DNA of 54,965 nt from Verrucomicrobiota bacterium (GTDB lineage: Bacteria > Verrucomicrobiota > Verrucomicrobiia > Opitutales > Opitutaceae), in contig JAEYQF010000374.1 of NCBI GenBank assembly GCA_023410155.1, positions 1-54,965 of the forward strand, written 5' to 3'. The notes under the pieces were generated by a model that saw only the letters and a program-made list of their open reading frames with translations, had not been told where the DNA came from and did no database searches. The position numbers were made by a program, and so were the translations under genes. Every line of letters begins with the position of its first letter. Positions within the stretch are counted from its first letter, which is position 1. Positions 51,517 through 54,965 of this stretch are shown piece after piece.

Positions 51517-52812
51517 GTGCGCACGCTTCAATTCGGGTCCAAGACCTTTTCCCACGATCTCGCTGAGTTTTGCCGCGGCACCGAAGTGCCGCGCGAGATC
51601 TCCGACGCCGTCGCCGCCATTCTCGCTGACGTAAAGGCCCGCGGCGATGAGGCAGTCACCTACTACGCCGCGAAGTTTGACGGCGCGAAACTGCGTGCTC
51701 GTGATTTCCGCGTAAAGCCAGCGGACCTCGCGGCAGCGTTCAAGCGCCTCCCGGCGGCCGAGAAAAAGGCCTTGGTCGCGGCGCATGAGAACGTCGTCGC
51801 CTACAACAAGCGCGGCCTCGCCGAAGACTGGACGGCGATAAATAAGCATGGCGCGATCGTGGGGGAGAAGTTCGATCCCATCCGCCGCGTCGGCCTCTAT
51901 GTCCCGGGTGGCCAGGTGCCGCTCGTCTCGACGGTGTTGATGACCGTCACGCTCGCTAAGATTGCCGGCTGCCCGGAGGTCGCGGTGTTCACGCCTTCCA
52001 ATGCTTCCGGCAAGATCGCGGACGGCATGCTGGCGGCTCTGCACCTCCTCGGCGTGGATGAAGTTTACCGCATCGGCGGCGTGCAGGCGATCGGTGCGAT
52101 GGCCTACGGCACGGCGACGATTCGTGCCGTCGACAAGGTCTACGGTCCCGGCAACGCCTACGTGTGCGAAGCGAAGCGCCAGGTGTTTGGCACGGTCGGC
52201 GTCGATTCTCTCCCGGGTCCCAGCGAAGTGATGGTGATCGCCGACGACACGGCCCGCGTGGATTTCGCCGCGGCGGACCTGCTCGCGCAGGCGGAGCACG
52301 GGTCCGGTCGCGAGAAAATCTATCTGGTCGCCACGAGCGCCAGGATCCTTGCCGCCATCGAGACCGAGGTAAAGAGCCAGCTCGCCCTGATTACCCGGTC
52401 CGAAAAGACGCAGCGCGTGCTTGAGCACGGATTCCTGGGGATCGAAGTGAAGTCGCTGGACCAGGCCGCCGAGATCGCAAACTACGTCGCTCCGGAACAT
52501 CTCGAACTGCTGGTGAGCGACCCGGCCGCGAAAAAACTCACGAAAGCGATCACGACCGCGGGCGCGATCATGACGGGCAACTTTACGCCAACCGCTCTGG
52601 GCGATTTCACCGCCGGTCCGAGTCACGTGCTGCCAACGGGGCGCGCGGGTCGATTCTTTAGCGGATTGCGCGTCGCGGACTTCATGCGCCGCACGAGTTT
52701 GATCCATTACGACCGTGCCGCCGTGAAGAAGGGCGAACCTATCGTGGCGGCGTTTGCTGCGATGGAGCAACTCGATGCTCACGGACGCTCCGCGCGGGTG
52801 CGCGTGCTGTAA
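51517..52812 (+). CDS. hisD: Histidinol dehydrogenase
   Basis: GLYVPGG, GGVQAI, GPGNAYV, PGPSEV, DLLAQAEH, APEHLEL, GDFTAGPSHVLPT. Confidence 0.96.
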   Translation: MRTLQFGSKTFSHDLAEFCRGTEVPREISDAVAAILADVKARGDEAVTYYAAKFDGAKLRARDFRVKPADLAAAFKRLPAAEKKALVAAHENVVAYNKRGLAEDWTAINKHGAIVGEKFDPIRRVGLYVPGGQVPLVSTVLMTVTLAKIAGCPEVAVFTPSNASGKIADGMLAALHLLGVDEVYRIGGVQAIGAMAYGTATIRAVDKVYGPGNAYVCEAKRQVFGTVGVDSLPGPSEVMVIADDTARVDFAAADLLAQAEHGSGREKIYLVATSARILAAIETEVKSQLALITRSEKTQRVLEHGFLGIEVKSLDQAAEIANYVAPEHLELLVSDPAAKKLTKAITTAGAIMTGNFTPTALGDFTAGPSHVLPTGRAGRFFSGLRVADFMRRTSLIHYDRAAVKKGEPIVAAFAAMEQLDAHGRSARVRVL

Positions 52813-52821
52813 TCACAAACA

Positions 52822-52913
52822 TTCGTTCTCTTTATCGTTCTCGTTCTCTTTCTCTCCTCAGCCTGGGAGAACGCGAAAGAGAACGAAGAACGAGAACGAA
52901 GAACGAGAACGAA
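52822..52913. repeat. Purine/pyrimidine-skewed palindromic element ([TCGTTC]n ... [GAACGA]n)
   Basis: ttcgttctctttatcgttctcgttctctttctctcc / ggagaacgcgaaagagaacgaagaacgagaacgaa inverted arms within the his operon. Confidence 0.85.
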
Positions 52914-52930
52914 ATACGCTCTCAAATCCG

Positions 52931-54055
52931 ATGTCGTCCGATCTGTCCCGACTCGCTCTCCCGCACGTTGCGAAGCTCCACGCCTACACGCCCGGCCTTC
53001 AGCCGACCGAACCGGGCTGGGTGAAACTCAACACCAACGAGTGCCCGTATCCGCCGAGTCCGCGCGTGAAGGAAGCACTGCTCCGCGAGATCGGCGAGGA
53101 AGGCGCCTCGCTCCGGCTCTACCCGAATCCGAAGAGCAGCCCGCTCCGCGCCGCGATCGCAAAGCACCACGGCCTCGCCGCGGACAACGTCATCGTGGGC
53201 AACGGCTCCGACGACATCCTCAATCTGCTCGTCCGCGCGTTTTGCTCCGCAAACGCTCACGCCGCCGCCGACATCCAGTTCACGCTGCCCAGCTACTCGC
53301 TTTATCCGGTGCTCGTCGAAATCCAGGACGGACGCAGCAGCACGATCGAGTTCGACCGTTCGATGCGTTTGCCGATCGAACGCATCAAAGCCTCAAAGGC
53401 CCGCGCATTCTTCCTCACGTCGCCCAACGCGCCGACGGGCGTGGCGTTCTCCAATGCCGAGCTCGAAGAAATCCTCACCGGTTTCGCCGGCCTGCTCGTC
53501 GTCGATGAAGCCTATGCGCCGTTCGCACGCGAAAACGCCGTGCGCCTGCTCGCGAAACATCCGCGGCTCGTCGTCGTTCGCACGCTCTCCAAAGCCTACG
53601 CGCTTGCCGGCATTCGCGTCGGCTATGGTCTCGCGCATCCCGAGGTCATCGACCTGCTTGATCGGGTGCGCGACAGCTACAACGTCAACCGTCTCTCCCA
53701 AGTCGCGGCGCTCGCGGCTCTCGACGATCCCGACTACTACACGGCGATCGTCGGCAAGATCAAAGCCACGCGCGATTTCTACGTGAGCGATCTCGCGACG
53801 AAGCGCGGCTGGTTCACGTATCCCTCGGAGTCCAACTTCATCTTCACCGAGCCGAAAAACGCGCGGGGCGAGTCCGGTCCGGCGGTCGCGAAATCCGCGT
53901 ATGATTTCCTCGTCTCACGCAAGGTGCTGGTCCGCTACTTCCCGAGCCATGCCTTGACCGCTTCCTTCCTGCGCATCAGCGTCGGCACGGACGACGAGAT
54001 GCTCGTCCTTCACGAATCCCTCGACGCATGGCACAAGGCAGCTCCCAACGTGTAG
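52931..54055 (+). CDS. hisC: Histidinol-phosphate aminotransferase
   Basis: [46 protein letters not shown]. Confidence 0.95.
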   Translation: MSSDLSRLALPHVAKLHAYTPGLQPTEPGWVKLNTNECPYPPSPRVKEALLREIGEEGASLRLYPNPKSSPLRAAIAKHHGLAADNVIVGNGSDDILNLLVRAFCSANAHAAADIQFTLPSYSLYPVLVEIQDGRSSTIEFDRSMRLPIERIKASKARAFFLTSPNAPTGVAFSNAELEEILTGFAGLLVVDEAYAPFARENAVRLLAKHPRLVVVRTLSKAYALAGIRVGYGLAHPEVIDLLDRVRDSYNVNRLSQVAALAALDDPDYYTAIVGKIKATRDFYVSDLATKRGWFTYPSESNFIFTEPKNARGESGPAVAKSAYDFLVSRKVLVRYFPSHALTASFLRISVGTDDEMLVLHESLDAWHKAAPNV

Positions 54056-54633
54056 CAACCGTCTCCCGCACGACGGCCGAGACCGACATCGCGCTTACGC
54101 TCGCGATCGACGGCCGCGGCGTCGCGCAGATCGAAACCGGCGTGCCGTTCTTCGATCACATGCTCACGTTGTTCGCTAAGCACGGGCTCTTCGATCTCAC
54201 GATCAAGGCCAAGGGCGATGTCGACGTGGACTATCACCACACAGTCGAAGACGTCGGCCTGGTGCTCGGCCAGGCCTTCAAGGAAGCGCTCGGCGACAAA
54301 GTCGGCATCAAGCGCTACGGCTTCTTCCTGCTCCCGATGGACGAGTCGCTCGCGCGCGTCGTCGTTGATGTGGGCGGCCGCCCTCACCTCGTTTACGAAG
54401 CCGAGGCGCCGACGATGTTTGTGCGCGATTTCAACATCGTGCTCGTGAAGGAGTTTTGCCGCGCGTTCAGCAACGCGCTGGGCGCCAACCTGCACGTGCA
54501 CCTCGTTTACGGCGAGGAACCGCACCACGTCGCCGAAGCGATCTTCAAGGGCCTCGCCCGCGCGCTCGATGCGGCCACGCAGATCGAACCTCGCGCCGCG
54601 GACTTGCTCCCGAGCACGAAGGGGAAACTGTAA
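54028..54633 (+). CDS. hisB: Imidazoleglycerol-phosphate dehydratase
   Basis: [42 protein letters not shown]. Confidence 0.96.
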   Translation: MAQGSSQRVATVSRTTAETDIALTLAIDGRGVAQIETGVPFFDHMLTLFAKHGLFDLTIKAKGDVDVDYHHTVEDVGLVLGQAFKEALGDKVGIKRYGFFLLPMDESLARVVVDVGGRPHLVYEAEAPTMFVRDFNIVLVKEFCRAFSNALGANLHVHLVYGEEPHHVAEAIFKGLARALDAATQIEPRAADLLPSTKGKL

Positions 54634-54689
54634 ACGGCAAGGCGTGGCTTTGCTCCACGTTCTGTCATTCGCCCGGGATGACAGAGCAG

Positions 54690-54715
54690 GTGGAGCCCGG
54701 TGTCCTCACCGGGCT
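54690..54715 (+). repeat. REP-like palindrome (GTGG foot + perfect stem)
   Basis: gtgg-agcccggtg-tcct-caccgggct, next to a second stem tctgtcat...atgacaga. Confidence 0.5.
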
Positions 54716-54752
54716 GGTAGCGTGATACCGCCGCTCGAACCGAACCTTTCTT

Positions 54753-54965
54753 TTGAATTCCGCACTTCCAACTCCGACTTCCGTTTCCACCGGCACGCGC
54801 GTGGCCGTGATCGACAACGGCATTTGCAACCTCCGCAGCGTGACCAAGGCGCTCGAGACGGTCGGAGCCGCGCCCATCGTCGTGCAGACTCCGGCCGAAC
54901 TCACCGCCTCCGGCGTGCGTGGGCTCGTGCTACCCGGTGTGGGCGCGTTGCGCAATTGTGTGGCC
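54753..54965 (+). CDS. hisH: Imidazole glycerol phosphate synthase subunit HisH (5' part, truncated by the window end)
   Basis: Translated by hand: RVAVIDNGICNLRSVTKAL...LVLPGVGA; follows hisB; TTG start inferred. Confidence 0.9.
   Translation, partial: MNSALPTPTSVSTGTRVAVIDNGICNLRSVTKALETVGAAPIVVQTPAELTASGVRGLVLPGVGALRNCVA

Noticed and set aside
52754..52930. N-terminal extension of HisC (SFSFSF...NENEER) or a His leader peptide
   Set aside because: It is the translation of the palindromic repeat, has no His-codon run, and HisC homology starts at ATG 52931.

Overview
High-GC bacterial chromosomal segment, most likely Verrucomicrobiota/Opitutaceae (inferred from the PEP-CTERM proteins, RCC1/NHL/Ig surface proteins, CT-rich leaders without Shine-Dalgarno motifs, and [GAACGA]n hairpins). 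It holds about 44 CDS. Housekeeping genes: mgsA, yihA, metY, panE-like, guaA and hisD-C-B-H. Accessory genes: a dispersed xylan-deconstruction set (CE2, CE15, GH10), detox/redox genes, an OPT transporter divergent from an M13 peptidase, two PEP-CTERM proteins (one thioester-domain-like), a frameshifted NHL/Ig surface gene, a ~1740-aa RCC1/Ig adhesin, and a TonB-receptor/YfiR/hybrid-kinase operon. I saw no rRNA, tRNA, CRISPR, transposase or integrase. The most unusual signals are: (1) a dispersed, co-oriented family of intergenic arrays built from alternating 11-bp units; (2) a membrane AraC regulator with a paired operator upstream of two secreted esterase-fold paralogues that lack the catalytic Ser and His; (3) the TBDR-YfiR-kinase trans-envelope module. 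Start codons were chosen by eye and family calls come from motif recognition, not database searches.
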